From Rhizodiscina lignyota (lineage: Eukaryota), in NCBI GenBank assembly GCA_010015805.1, contig ML978121.1:2356001-2420000 (forward strand): a stretch of DNA of 64,000 nucleotides, read 5' to 3'. The notes under the pieces are model-generated. The model made no database searches. It saw nothing but the letters and a program-made list of their open reading frames with translations, and was not told the DNA's origin. The position numbers were made by a program, and so were the translations under genes. Below, piece by piece: positions 21,955 to 33,358 of the stretch. Each line of letters opens with the position of its first letter. Position 1 is the stretch's first letter.

Positions 21955-24124
21955 CTACTTCACCTTGTCAGCATAGCTGGCATCCTCTTCCCTTGGATCT
22001 GCTGTGCTGAGTCCTTCTTGCTTCGGCTCCTCATCCCTCTTGTCTGCGTTGTCTTGACCTTGAGGAGCTTCGTTCTCGTTCTCCTCGTCCTCTTCATTGT
22101 CATCAGTATCGACGAGAACTCCCGAGTCTTGAGGACTAGACACGTTTTCTTCCTCTTCCTGCTTCACCTCGTCCGCCTTCTCTTCAGCTTCATCATTCAC
22201 CTCTCCTGCCTTATCTCCTTCATTATCAGCCACATTCTGCCCTTCCTCTTCCTGCTTCACCTCGTCTGCCTTCTCTTCAGCCTCATCTTTCACCTCTCCT
22301 GCCTTATCTCCTGCATCGTCAACCACACTCTGCCCTTCCTCAACGGCCTTCTTCGCACTTTCGATTCCTCTATCCAGCAGTGACTGCGCATATTCCTTGA
22401 CCTTCTGAGGAGTCATGCTTCCCTCGCCGTTTCCGTTCCACCGCCCAACTTTCTGCGCAAACTCATCGCTTATCTCCCTGGCCTCCCGTCTTGCCTTCTC
22501 ACCCAGCTCCTTGCCCTCTTTGATAGCTGCGTCATAACCCTTCCCCACACCCCTCTCAAACTTCTCAATCGTCTCGCTGATCCTCCTTTTATCGAGACTT
22601 TTCTTCACCCTCAGCCCCACCTCACCAACGCCATCTTCTGCGCTTCTGCCCAAGCTCTCCAGCTCACGATCCACACCACGCGCAGCATCGATTGCGCTCC
22701 TCGAAATTCTCCTCGTGTGTGTGGAATGAGCGGTCGATGAGCTGGTGCGCTTGTTGTAGCTCCGGAAGAAGAACCGCAGGAATAGCCAGGTCAGTGGGGC
22801 GAGATAGATCAGATTCAGCCAGATCGCGAAGCTCTGTCCCGTTGTATCAATGCACGAGATCAATTGGAACTCATCCTTCTTTGTCATTCTGTCCAATGTC
22901 TCTTGCACATAATCTGCCTCTGGCCCAAAGACTTCACCCCAGCTGTTGCGCACATTTTCCGCGAGGCCTTCTTGTCCAGCTGCGCGGAAGGCCAGCTTCT
23001 TAAGCCACGCTCCCAGCACTGCCGTCGCCGTTGGTGGTGCAAGGTCCGCCGCAGCGGTAGACATCGCAGATGCAGCAGCCGCCGTGGCAGCCTTGAAACC
23101 GTATTTGCCAGCGTAGATTACGCTGGATGGGATAGTATAACTGATGAAGAGGTGTCCAGCTGCGAACGTGAACCCGAGAACGAATTGAGCGATTTGCATC
23201 GTCGTGAGGGTCTTCTTGACGCGCCGAGGGACGTGAACGCCGAGCGCGGAGAGGGTGTAGTAGACATACTGTATAAGACTCATTAACTACTGATCAAGCT
23301 TGTAGAGAGTGTGAGAGACAAACCATTAGAGCGTGAATGAGTGAGTTCATGAACACAAACATCCAAATGGGCGGGCTCATGTATCGTATGCCGGCCCACA
23401 TGCAAAGCATTGCTCCAGCGTGGTGATACATTTGCAGTGTACTGCTCTTCTTTCCTTTCACCAGTATGATTGCAGTATCTACGACCTCGTAGAATTTGGA
23501 GAGATAGAAGAACCAGCCCCAAAACGCGAGTCCCTCGTTCCAGAGACGTCCCACGTCGGTTGAGTCTGGTAAGCCATTGAGACCGAGCTGGATAATCTTG
23601 TTCTTCACCTCCCACAATCCTTTGGTTGTATTGTATGTAACTGCGTCACCAAAGCCTCGCGGGCCTTGAATCTTGCATAGCGCATCTGCTGCGCCGGCGA
23701 ACCCATTCTGAGTGCGCAAACCGGGCCAGAGGATACCAAATCTTTCGTACTCGCGCTGTGAAGGCCAAGTATGTCTGAGGGCACGGATCATAGCCACGAA
23801 AGTGAGCCCGGAGAAAATTGCGAGGAAGACATTGTGGAGGATGACGAAGACGAAGAAGAGTCTCGTCGTGCTGATCCAATACGGCTTGAACCCTCGTTCG
23901 CGATTGATCTTGTTAACAATTATGACCGTGGTCGCGTAGATGGCCGCAATTGTAAGCGGAAGGTAGGGCGAGAGGAGGTCGTTGTAGAGCTTTGCGTCGA
24001 TGGGGAATGGAGATGCGAAACGAGAATCCCCATGTGGCGGCGGTATGGTCGGGGGCGCAGGATCGGGAGGGAATTTAAATAATGATAGCGGAGGTAGATG
24101 GACACTAACTGAAGGTCCTGCCAT
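21955..24124 (-). CDS. GNS1/SUR4 (ELO) family fatty-acid elongase-like protein with long charged C-terminal tail; 2 exons (24124-23324, 23268-21955)
   Basis: FYLSKFYEVVDTAII, LQMYHHAGAM (His box), NSLIHALM|YVYY and TTMQIAQF motifs; multiple TMs; intron GTTTGT...ATACAG. Confidence 0.92.
22150..22341 (-). repeat. 93-bp (31-aa) tandem duplication in the elongase C-terminal tail
   Basis: ttcctcttcctgcttcacctcgtc at 22150 and 22243; peptide GDKAGEV[KN]DEAEEKADEVKQEEE occurs twice. Confidence 0.85.
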
Positions 24125-24749
24125 GGCGCGCAAGGCCACTCGAGGCTGCAATGTCGAACAATTCTTGTTGAGATTATTTGGAGTTTCGTTTTTGTTGCGG
24201 CGGAGAAAAAGATTGGTGGTGGCCCGCACCTTTGGCCGCGCACGCGACACGAAACTGTTGTGCCGAGGCAGCGAGTCAGTCAATTGCGTAGAACTCGCAG
24301 GTCGTGAGAGGCAGGACGTGAGAAGTGGTGAGGAGAGCTTTGAAGGCTGTTATCGCGGTCAATGGGGAGTGGAAGGTTGAGTTTGCTGCTCCAAGAATTC
24401 CAGGCATGAAGCATTTCCAGCAGTGACGTATTCGAGGCTTCATGCGGCTCTCTTCCGCACCTGCCCGCCAACCAACGACGCCATGAACACGTCAAGTCGA
24501 GGTGTTGAGAATGGAATGCTGCGGCTTCCTTAGCGCGTCACTTGACTGGAGATTCGTCTGATTGATGTACTATCGTCCTTCTCGTACGCAAAAAGCTAAA
24601 CTATGGACACAAATGGGCTAGAGGCAAGTCACTAAATCAACGCTTGCAGCACCCTCTTGGAACCAGACCATTGTCTGATTTCGGAGCCGACTCCGAAATC
24701 GACGACTTGAAAGAAATTCGACCCCATTGAAACATTCAAGTCGCTGTCA

Positions 24750-25864
24750 CTATCTTGGCTTGCTCGATACAGGTATAGGTGGAGCTGCTGGTGCGGCCTC
24801 CTGACTGTGCAATTCTCTCTTCTTTGGAGGCGGTGGCGGAGGCTTCTTCTTTATAGGACTTGATGGAAATGACGGTGATGTAGGCGACGAAGCTGTCGCA
24901 GCATTCGAAGAGTTGCTTCCCATACGAGCGAACCGCGCTTGGAGCTCGTTCAATTGGCCTCCGTGTCCCAGTCCTGACGGTGATGCCGGAGCTTCAGCAT
25001 GAGCGGGTGGGCTCGCCAGAGGCGGCGACACCGGATTCCGTGCTGCTAGCCCTGGTACAGGACGTGTAGCTCCTTGGTTGCCTCCTATTCCAAAGCCCGG
25101 TACACTCACGCCAGCCTGCCCGAGTCTGTTCAACGCGCCTTGATTCAGCACTCCCCGCTCTGGCTCTGCTGCAGCTTCATTATAGCTTGGCGGTGGAGTC
25201 GCTATACTCCTTGTTGGTAGTCTAGGGGGTAGACTTGGTACAGGTCTCGCTGCTGGCGCTGGCGCTGGCGCTGGCGAATGAGCAGCCCCATCACCTCTAA
25301 ATCTCGGCGGAGGTGGTAACCCGGCTGTGCTCAACCCTGTTGTATCTGGCCTGTAAGGCATTGGCGGTGGTTGCTCTTCTTCCTCTTCTTCCTCTCTCTG
25401 CTCCTGCTCCTTGCGAGCATATCTGGGCTGTGTATGATCGTGCGATAACGGCGCGCCTGGTGATGCAGGGCTTGCTCTAGAACTTGATACACCAGAGCCA
25501 AAAGAATCTGCTGTTCCCGTTCGCCTTGGAGGAGGGCCGAAGGATGACGGGTCTTTGAGGGCACCCAGAGGTGTGGACTGGTGGTTATCTGCATCGTAAT
25601 CAGACTGTCCACCGCCCTTGCTGCTGCTATGGCCAGTCCACTTCGCCTGGTCTCGACTGATTAGTGCAATGCTCACCCAACTAGAGAAGGACAGCTTGGA
25701 ATTGGATCTCGTACAACTGTTTCTACGCCTTTGATATTTCTCCGTATGCCCAGGCCCGTCCTCGAATGAGTGCTGTTGGTGGTACTTGGGCCATAGTCGT
25801 ACGGGTCTTTTTCTTTACCCGGGCGCCAACCACCTTTGGCGATGCTCTTGAATTTATCGGCCAT
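24750..25864 (-). CDS. Proline-rich protein, AIM3-like (putative actin-patch SH3 ligand); 2 exons (25864-25715, 25646-24750)
   Basis: KSIAKGGWRP start, PLGALKDPSSFGPPPRR motif, multiple PxxPxR motifs, C-terminal KKKPPPPPPKK and PPIPVSSKPR; intron GTACGA...CACTAAT...CCAG. Confidence 0.8.
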
Positions 25865-26309
25865 AGTGGCAGGAGGGATTTGTTTTATATTACACTACGA
25901 TAATATGGGGATAAGAAGTATTGAAGAGGAATCTTAGGCAGGGAAGCTTTGTAAGACACGGACGGATACACGAGGAAGTAGAGCACGCGCGGGATGACGC
26001 GGGGAAGCGATGAACGAGGTCCAAGCTCTTCTTTGTTCACGAGCTTCTTCTGGTGTCTGCAGTTCTTCGTCCTGCATTGAACTCCCATACAGGAGAAGCT
26101 TCTTATATCGATTGATCGTATATTGCCTTCCAAGAAGTACTGCCTCAACTTGGCATGTGGGCAAGTTACTAATCCCGCAATACCCGTTTTACCCCTCATC
26201 TTGAAGCCATTGGATCAATACCTTCAACTCTATTTCTACTCTCGTGAGAATTTCGGATTCTGTCTCACCCCCAGTTGCATTCACTTCTTAATTCTTGACC
26301 AATTTCTCA

Positions 26310-27668
26310 ATGGCACCTAAGAAGCTCAAGCTCGCTGTCGCTCAATCGCGCACTCTCTCCACCAAAGCGGAGACTTTGGACGCGTTACAGAGAACTACTC
26401 ACAACGCAGCACAACGTGGCGCTCGCTTAGTACTATTTCCTGAAGCATATCTAGGTGGCTATCCAAGAACTTGTAACTTCGGTGCTGCAGTTGGTGGTCG
26501 CCTTCCTGAAGGACGAGAGCAATTCCTTCACTACTTTAACGATGCGGTGGATCTCGGGGACACACCAGCTGGTGCCGGGGATGACTGGATCGAGCGAAAG
26601 CTACCTGTTGCTAAGGGCTCGAAGTATCGAGGCGATGGGACGAGGGAGGAGCTAGAGCGTATAGCGCGGGACACGGGCGTATTCGTGGTTACCGGGTTAG
26701 TAGAAAGGTCCGGTGGGAGTCTGTACTGCACGGTAGTGTATGTCTGTCCGGCCAATGGCGTGCTGGGGAAGAGGCGAAAAGTTATGCCAACGGGTAGTGA
26801 GCGCTTGATCTGGGCACAAGGAAATCCCAATACACTGAAGGCGGTCACAACTACGATCGATGGAGTCAAACTTACACTTGCCGCCGCCATATGCTGGGAA
26901 AATTACATGCCTTTGCTCAGACAAAGTCTGTACTCTCAGAATGTGAACCTGTATCTCGCGCCGACAGCCGATGCGAGACCAACCTGGCTACCCCTTATGA
27001 TCACCACAGCTTTCGAAAGTCGCGCTTTCGTGCTGAGCTGCAACCAGTGCACGAAACGGAGTCAGCTTCCAGAATGGATCCGAGGGTCGGCTGCTGAAAG
27101 TGAGCGAACAGCAAGCCCCATAGCGACGGAACGGCGCGTGAGGAGAGGCTCGACGATCAGCAAAACCGAAGATGACAACGAGATCTGCTGGCCCGCTTTC
27201 AAACCTACAGCGGTGAACGGAGAGGAGCATGACAGTTCCACGAGAAAATCGGGTAAGGGAAGACGTTCGTCTATGATCATCGAGACACCGGATCAACATG
27301 AGATCTGCTTGCCCGGCCCAAAGGACGGGGAGACGGATGGCAATGCCGTTGCTGGCACCGAAACGATGACAAACGGTCACCCACTGAGCCCACTCAGACC
27401 CACCTTTACCAAGGCCCAGTCAACATCGCAAGCAATCGAAGAGGAGGATGAATACGTTTCTCGAGGTGGTTCTTGTATCGTCTCACCTCTAGGAGAAGTC
27501 CTGGCAGGACCGTTATGGGAGTCTGAAGACGGCGAGCTTCTTGTTGTTGAAGCCGACTTTGACGACTGCGATCGTGGAAGACTAGACCTCGACGTTGCGG
27601 GATCGTACTCGAGGAACGATGCCTTCAAGCTCACGGTGGAAGGACTGGACTTGAATCCACCACCGTAG
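26310..27668 (+). CDS. Nitrilase (carbon-nitrogen hydrolase, NIT1-like) with a disordered insertion
   Basis: Catalytic Glu-Lys-Cys motifs LFPEAYLGGYP, KRRKVMPT and AICWENYMP; C-terminal GGSCIVSPLG and DLDVAGSYSRND; intronless. Confidence 0.95.
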   Translation: MAPKKLKLAVAQSRTLSTKAETLDALQRTTHNAAQRGARLVLFPEAYLGGYPRTCNFGAAVGGRLPEGREQFLHYFNDAVDLGDTPAGAGDDWIERKLPVAKGSKYRGDGTREELERIARDTGVFVVTGLVERSGGSLYCTVVYVCPANGVLGKRRKVMPTGSERLIWAQGNPNTLKAVTTTIDGVKLTLAAAICWENYMPLLRQSLYSQNVNLYLAPTADARPTWLPLMITTAFESRAFVLSCNQCTKRSQLPEWIRGSAAESERTASPIATERRVRRGSTISKTEDDNEICWPAFKPTAVNGEEHDSSTRKSGKGRRSSMIIETPDQHEICLPGPKDGETDGNAVAGTETMTNGHPLSPLRPTFTKAQSTSQAIEEEDEYVSRGGSCIVSPLGEVLAGPLWESEDGELLVVEADFDDCDRGRLDLDVAGSYSRNDAFKLTVEGLDLNPPP

Positions 27669-28183
27669 ATGGCCATTCACGGATGCGGAAGGGAACGCGA
27701 AATTGCAGGGCACACTCCCTATTAGTTCACTGCAGTACCCACACACGCTGGAGCTTGTGTACGATAAGACTAAGGAGATGCAGACTGCATTATCTTGTTG
27801 AAAAGGCATTGAAGAATGGAATTGAACAGATTATGCTGATCGGACTGATCAGTGAACTAGCTTTGAAGGTTTGAAGATGGTGGCAAAACAGCTGAGCTTG
27901 ATAAAGGTGGAGCACGATGAAAGTTTGCTGCTCTTCAGGACAAGTGTACCATCTACGAAACGTTCACTTACTTAGATAATGTAAATCCAGAATGCATAAT
28001 TTGATGAATGTAACTTTTATTGATTTGAAGACCATGTACCCAGAACTCGTATGAAAACTAAAACCAAACCTTGTTGTCACTTCAAAGCAGGTGATTTGCG
28101 GACCATAATTAACGCCGAACGCCAATCAGAAGTTGACCGTCAGATCGTGAAACCTTTCCCTGCAGGGCCTTCTCAGCTCTCTG

Positions 28184-28849
28184 TTAGTCCTGCACCTCCA
28201 TACCGTTAGACCAGTCGTTGAACTCTTCAGAGTTCGGATCGCGCTGTGCCTCGTTGACTTCTCCCATAGAGAGGTTGGAGAGCCTACCACACGCGCGCGC
28301 AATCTGCCTGGCATCTCTCTGAGCCTGAGCGGCAGCATTTCTCTGAGCCTCAGCATCGGCATCTTGCTGTGCCTGAATATCAGCCAACCTAACGGGGTCG
28401 GAAGCTATGGTACCCAGACGCCAGAGCTGCTCGGTCTCAAGCAATCTGCTGAGAACCGCAATACAAATATGTCGCAGACTTCTTTCATCCGCGGCGTCAT
28501 ATAAAAAAGGATCTTTCGCGCGCAGCTCGTCGTACCGCGTCTTCTGCCGTTCCTCGTGGTCGTACTCATGGGTTAGGAGTTCCAAGTCCTCTTTCGTACA
28601 TGGCTCGCATAGGATTAGGAACATGCGGGACGCTCCTTCAGCTTCAGATAGTGGGCCACAGCAGTTGATGCCGCAGCGTTGGGGCTGCACTGTCTGGGCC
28701 ATGTGAAAGCATTTGAGGAAGTGGAAGTTGGTGCCGTCGCCTGGGCACCCGTTCTTGAAGCGTGAGAAAGCTGAGACAGCATCCACTTCTGAGAGTTGAA
28801 TGACCCACTCCGGGAAGCGGGGTCGAGATCCGGCGTAGCTGCTCGACAT
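28184..28849 (-). CDS. Hypothetical Cys/His-motif protein A (221 aa)
   Basis: ORF from ATG 28849 (MSSSYAGS); motif C..HFLKCFH...CGINC...CEPC followed by a helical/coiled region. Confidence 0.65.
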   Translation of the reverse strand: MSSSYAGSRPRFPEWVIQLSEVDAVSAFSRFKNGCPGDGTNFHFLKCFHMAQTVQPQRCGINCCGPLSEAEGASRMFLILCEPCTKEDLELLTHEYDHEERQKTRYDELRAKDPFLYDAADERSLRHICIAVLSRLLETEQLWRLGTIASDPVRLADIQAQQDADAEAQRNAAAQAQRDARQIARACGRLSNLSMGEVNEAQRDPNSEEFNDWSNGMEVQD

Positions 28850-29206
28850 GCTTGTGAGTTCTCGAAGTGGTCTTTGTTGGTTGGGGAAAGACGGTTGAAA
28901 GGGAAAGGGAAACCCACGGAAATACACAGCAAATTGTGTGAGATTCGAACGTGAGACTGTGATGTTGTTGGGTTGTGAACTTGTGTTGTTGACAATGAGG
29001 TGTGTTGCCTAAACAACACAGAGAGTGTTCTTCACTTCCTCACTTCACTTCTCCCTCATTGACCTGGCACCATCTCAATCTTCAACAGAGCTCAACTCGA
29101 GCTCAACTCGAGTCCACGTTTCAAAAGATAAGGACTCTAGCTAGAAGACCCCAGGCTCCTCCCTTCAACCCCATCTTGCGTGTCAGATCATCACATCAAA
29201 ACCGAC

Positions 29207-29716
29207 ATGGCAACAGGCTCAGCAGGCAACGTGACTCCCGAGTCGTCGAATACGGCTGCCACAAACCCCTTCCTGCCATGTCGCCGCCTTCCTCCGGGAC
29301 AACATCGCCTGAAGTGTGGTCACCGCGTCGTTGCATTAGACGACCAGAATGACCAGTCCATCTGCGCAACGAACTGCGTCATGACCGTCTTCTGCTCGAG
29401 ACTGCAATTTCTGTGCACCGAGTGCCTTGAAAACTGCTTTTACTGTGCCCTTTTCGATAAAGCGCGCGAAAATGAGCAGGTCTTACGAAAGTCGGAGGAG
29501 ACGGTTCGAGAAGAATACAACGCACACCTATCCGTAGTAAGGTCGATCCTCTGCAGTGAAAATGGATTTTATCTTGACACAAAGAAAGCGGAGGAGGTCG
29601 ACAAAAAAGAAGAAGTGTTGAGTCGAGCCTTTTGCAAGATGGAACTGAAGGATAACTTCGAGGACGACCTGAAGAACAATCTGGCTGCAGTTTTTCGATT
29701 AATGAACCTTATGTAG
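29207..29716 (+). CDS. Hypothetical Cys/His-motif protein B (169 aa), probable paralog of A
   Basis: ATG 29207 in GACATGG context; motif C..HRLKCGH...CATNC...CTEC followed by a helical region. Confidence 0.7.
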   Translation: MATGSAGNVTPESSNTAATNPFLPCRRLPPGQHRLKCGHRVVALDDQNDQSICATNCVMTVFCSRLQFLCTECLENCFYCALFDKARENEQVLRKSEETVREEYNAHLSVVRSILCSENGFYLDTKKAEEVDKKEEVLSRAFCKMELKDNFEDDLKNNLAAVFRLMNLM

Positions 29717-30569
29717 CTCCTTTATTGGACGGACATCAAGGTGTGACGATGCAGAAAAGCGATTACTTGCTCTAAAGGCCTAGCTAAAATAAATACTTAT
29801 ACCCACCAAGCTTGAAAAACTTGTTGATACATTGTCATAAGAGTTCTGAAAGCGTGTCTCGTCAAATTCGAACTTGGATGTCGTCCTTGATCGGCTCGGA
29901 TCCGTCCATTGGCTGGTTAGGATATGCAGAGTATCTCCTTTATACAATGTAGAGTGTGAATGTTAAAAACTGTGCAGTCCTTGTCGGATAATGTCTAAAG
30001 CGAATTCAATCAAGCTTTCAGTGATGCTCTCTCGCTTGTGTTGAAGACAAAACTCCGTGAGGAAATTGCAATTTTGAGGTGGGGCGTAACTTTTATCCAT
30101 TATTGGTCTAGCTCAACCCCTGGTATCGAATCTCTACCATGTTTTTAATCCTTAGGCTGTTCTAGCCGCGTACTACGGACTAGGGGTACTTACCTGCACA
30201 ACTTTCATGGAACTGCCGACATGCACACACATTTTTCCAAAGGAACTCCACGGATAGTCCAATCGTGTACTCGGTCTATCATTGCAAGCTGTGCGAACAA
30301 TGCCTTCAAATTCCCCGCCCACGGAGTGCTCACCGCACTACCAAAAGGCGGGGATTGTGATGGCTGATCTTCCATCATGCAGGTACAATCATTTAGCCGC
30401 CAATATGAGCCCAGCATTCAGTGTTTTCGCTGCGTCATCTCTCCCAGGACAAAGTTTGTTTGTAGTGTCTGGAAAATATATGAGCATGGCGCCGGCACGC
30501 AGAGTAAGTGCGTTCTGATGACGGTAAGCTGTGGAATTCGTCAATTCGGTCCGGTTCCATACAGTCACG

Positions 30570-32885
30570 ATGAGAATCAATCAATTCGCTCTCGCCCTTT
30601 GCTTCTCGTCTTTTTCCTTTGCTCAATATGCTGTTCACGCTCCGAGGTCGGATTCGAGTTCATTAAGTGTGAGCAATGGATACAAGACTATCTTGGACAA
30701 GTCCCAGGTTCTGGTGGGAAAGACCAACACGACGGTCAAGCCGGTCTCTGGCAATGACGCCAAAATCACCACCAAGCTCATTAGCCCTCTTGGAGGATCA
30801 CCTACTACGATACGTGTCGACGTAGAGAGCAAATTCAACTTCGTGGGCGCAAGGTTCAACGTTGGTGCCGATGATACGTTCTACGGTGTGTGGGAATACC
30901 CTTGGAGTGACAGCGTTGATGACGACGGGATCATGTTCAATTTGATGGGCGTGGGCAATGCGGATGGTGTCAATTGGGACAATGCTCGCGCGCCCTTCTT
31001 CTTCTCCACGGCAGGATACGGTGTCTATGCGGACACCCTTGACATGGGATCTTACAACTTCAAGTCTCCCGGACAGGCGGAATTCATCTTCAACACTAGC
31101 AGCTTGACGTACTACATTATCTTCCCCAAAGAAGAAGGCGATTACAAGTCCATCATTGAGCAGTACGTTGCTGGGCTGTCAGAGACAGTTACTATGCCGC
31201 CAGACTCAGGATACGGACCGACTTTCTGGTCAGACGATTTCGAGCAGGATTTCCACGACGGAGTCAAAAATGCGCAGGAGAACTATTTTGACGTCGTAAA
31301 CCACCTTTATGATTATCAGATTCATGCCTCGGCAATGTTTGCTGATCGGCCGTATGGCACTGGCAACATGTCGTGGGGTAATTTCGACTTTGATCCTGTG
31401 TTCTACCCCACGCCCAAAGAATTCATTGCCAATCTCTCAAAATCTGGCTACGATTTCCAGGTGCGTGTCAAGGATTGAGATACCGTTGTATGAGCTTCAC
31501 ATCAAGACTGACAGGTTATAGGTCTGGGCCGCCAATCGAGCATTCCTTGATACCGAGCTTTACAACGTGTCCGTCAAGAACGGATGGCTCTTCCCCGGTA
31601 TTAGTGCAGAACAGTTTCTCGGCCCTGCCCTTAACCTCTCGATCCCGGCTGCGTATGATTATTTCAAGGAGCGTCTGAGATACTTCCCATCTGTGGGCGT
31701 GAAAGGTTTCAAGATCGATCGCGGAGAGGAAGGCGAGATGCCTTGTACGTCATACAAACCATGGCATCAGTGCCCACTACTTAAGTCTGTGACTGACTTT
31801 CCCAGTTTATGAACAAAATATCCAGCAGTCTCTCTTTGAACAGCTCTGCTTTGATGTCATGGCAGAGAAATGGGGCCCACACGGCTTTTACACATTTGCT
31901 CGGAACGTCGTCGATCGGTCACGGTCGAAGACCAATGTCTGGAATGGTGACAGCCACTCGAACTACAGTGGTCTTGCATACAGCGTGACTAGCGGCCTGA
32001 GGGCAGGTCTTCTCGGATATTCCACGTGGGGCTCTGACACAGGTAAACAGTTATTGTGCTGCTTGCGATGCATCGCTTGCTAATCAGTCGCCAGGTGGAT
32101 ACGTGCGCGGACCAAATGATCCATCCCAGGAATTGTGGGCTCGGTGGATGTGGTTCTCCGCGTTCTCTAGCGTCTATGAGCTCCCGCTGGGTACAAACCA
32201 TACACCGTACTATCCCCCGTATACATCGAGCTTGGTCAATGTTATGAAAGACACCGCGAACCTGCACCACGACCTGATTCCGTACATCCGAAGCTTTACG
32301 TATGAGTCGACGCAGACGGGTCTACCAGTGATGAGAGCTTTGTTCCTCGAGACACCCAAGGACAAGAAGGCCTGGGGGATAAAGGACGAGTACTTCTTCG
32401 GGACCGAGTTGCTGGTGGCTCCAATCATTACTCCTGGAGGCTCGCGCTCAGTCTATTTCCCGTCCGGAACGAAATACCTCGAATACTTTGGCAAGAAGAA
32501 CGTGTACTCCGGAGGCACCACTACCAAGGTCAGCTTAGGTGTCGACAGTGTACCGGCGTACGTGAAAGCTGGCGCCATTGTGTCGAGAGGCGACATTGTC
32601 AAAGGGAACAATCTGTGGACAAAGAATTGGGAGCCGCAGCTCACGATTGAGATCTATCCGAGCTGGGACGTCCCGACGAATTCGTTCGCTTACTGGAATG
32701 GTGAGCAACCGGTGGAAATAACAGTCTCCACCGATAGCAAGTCTAAGACGGTGGAAATATGGTTGAGTGGCTCGCTGGCTGTGGACGCTTCATATGCCGT
32801 ATACACCAGAAACGGCTGCAAAGAAGGCAAGCTGATCGGATATGGCGGGGTGAAGCTGAGCGGAATTGAAACGCTATTTGAGTAA
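30570..32885 (+). CDS. Secreted glycoside hydrolase family 31; 4 exons (30570-31460, 31522-31744, 31806-32042, 32095-32885)
   Basis: Signal peptide MRINQFALALCFSSFSFA; GFKIDRGEE (nucleophile region), WNGD (acid/base), WGSDTGGY, ELWARW, LPVMRALFL and EYFFGTELLVAPI motifs; three canonical introns. Confidence 0.93.
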
Positions 32886-33358
32886 TACATAATTATGTAG
32901 ATTGTGCGCGTAGTTAAACGCCCATTGCTGATGCTACAAAGTATACATGCGCATCGAGAAAAGTCGTTGAAGTACGCGTGACCCTAATCCTAATCCGGCT
33001 AGATGTTGCTTATGTTATCGAACCCCGACGACCTCAGGTCTTGGCATTCAATCATCGGGCGCCGAAAGCCTCACTCTTCTTCCGTCATCGCCATTTCCAA
33101 CACCACTGCACGCAATCTTCGAAAAGGAACGCGCCTGAGCGACGCGCGCCGCGCTCTTCGACGGTTGACGGACTTGATACGCCTTCGCTCCTCGCGCATC
33201 GCACCTACCTCCGCGCGACACCTCCGCTTGCTTCCCCAACCAACATGGTAGTACGCGGACCGAGCAAACACGGCGCATAGCAAGCGCAACCCTTTCCAAC
33301 TTGCATCACCTCCCGAGACTCCTAGCCCAGTACCCCTCTCGCCTTCCGACACGCAAAG

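Noticed and set aside
28940..28952. GTTCGAATC (tRNA T-loop/B-box-like) on the minus strand
   Set aside because: No T-stem pairing or cloverleaf around it.
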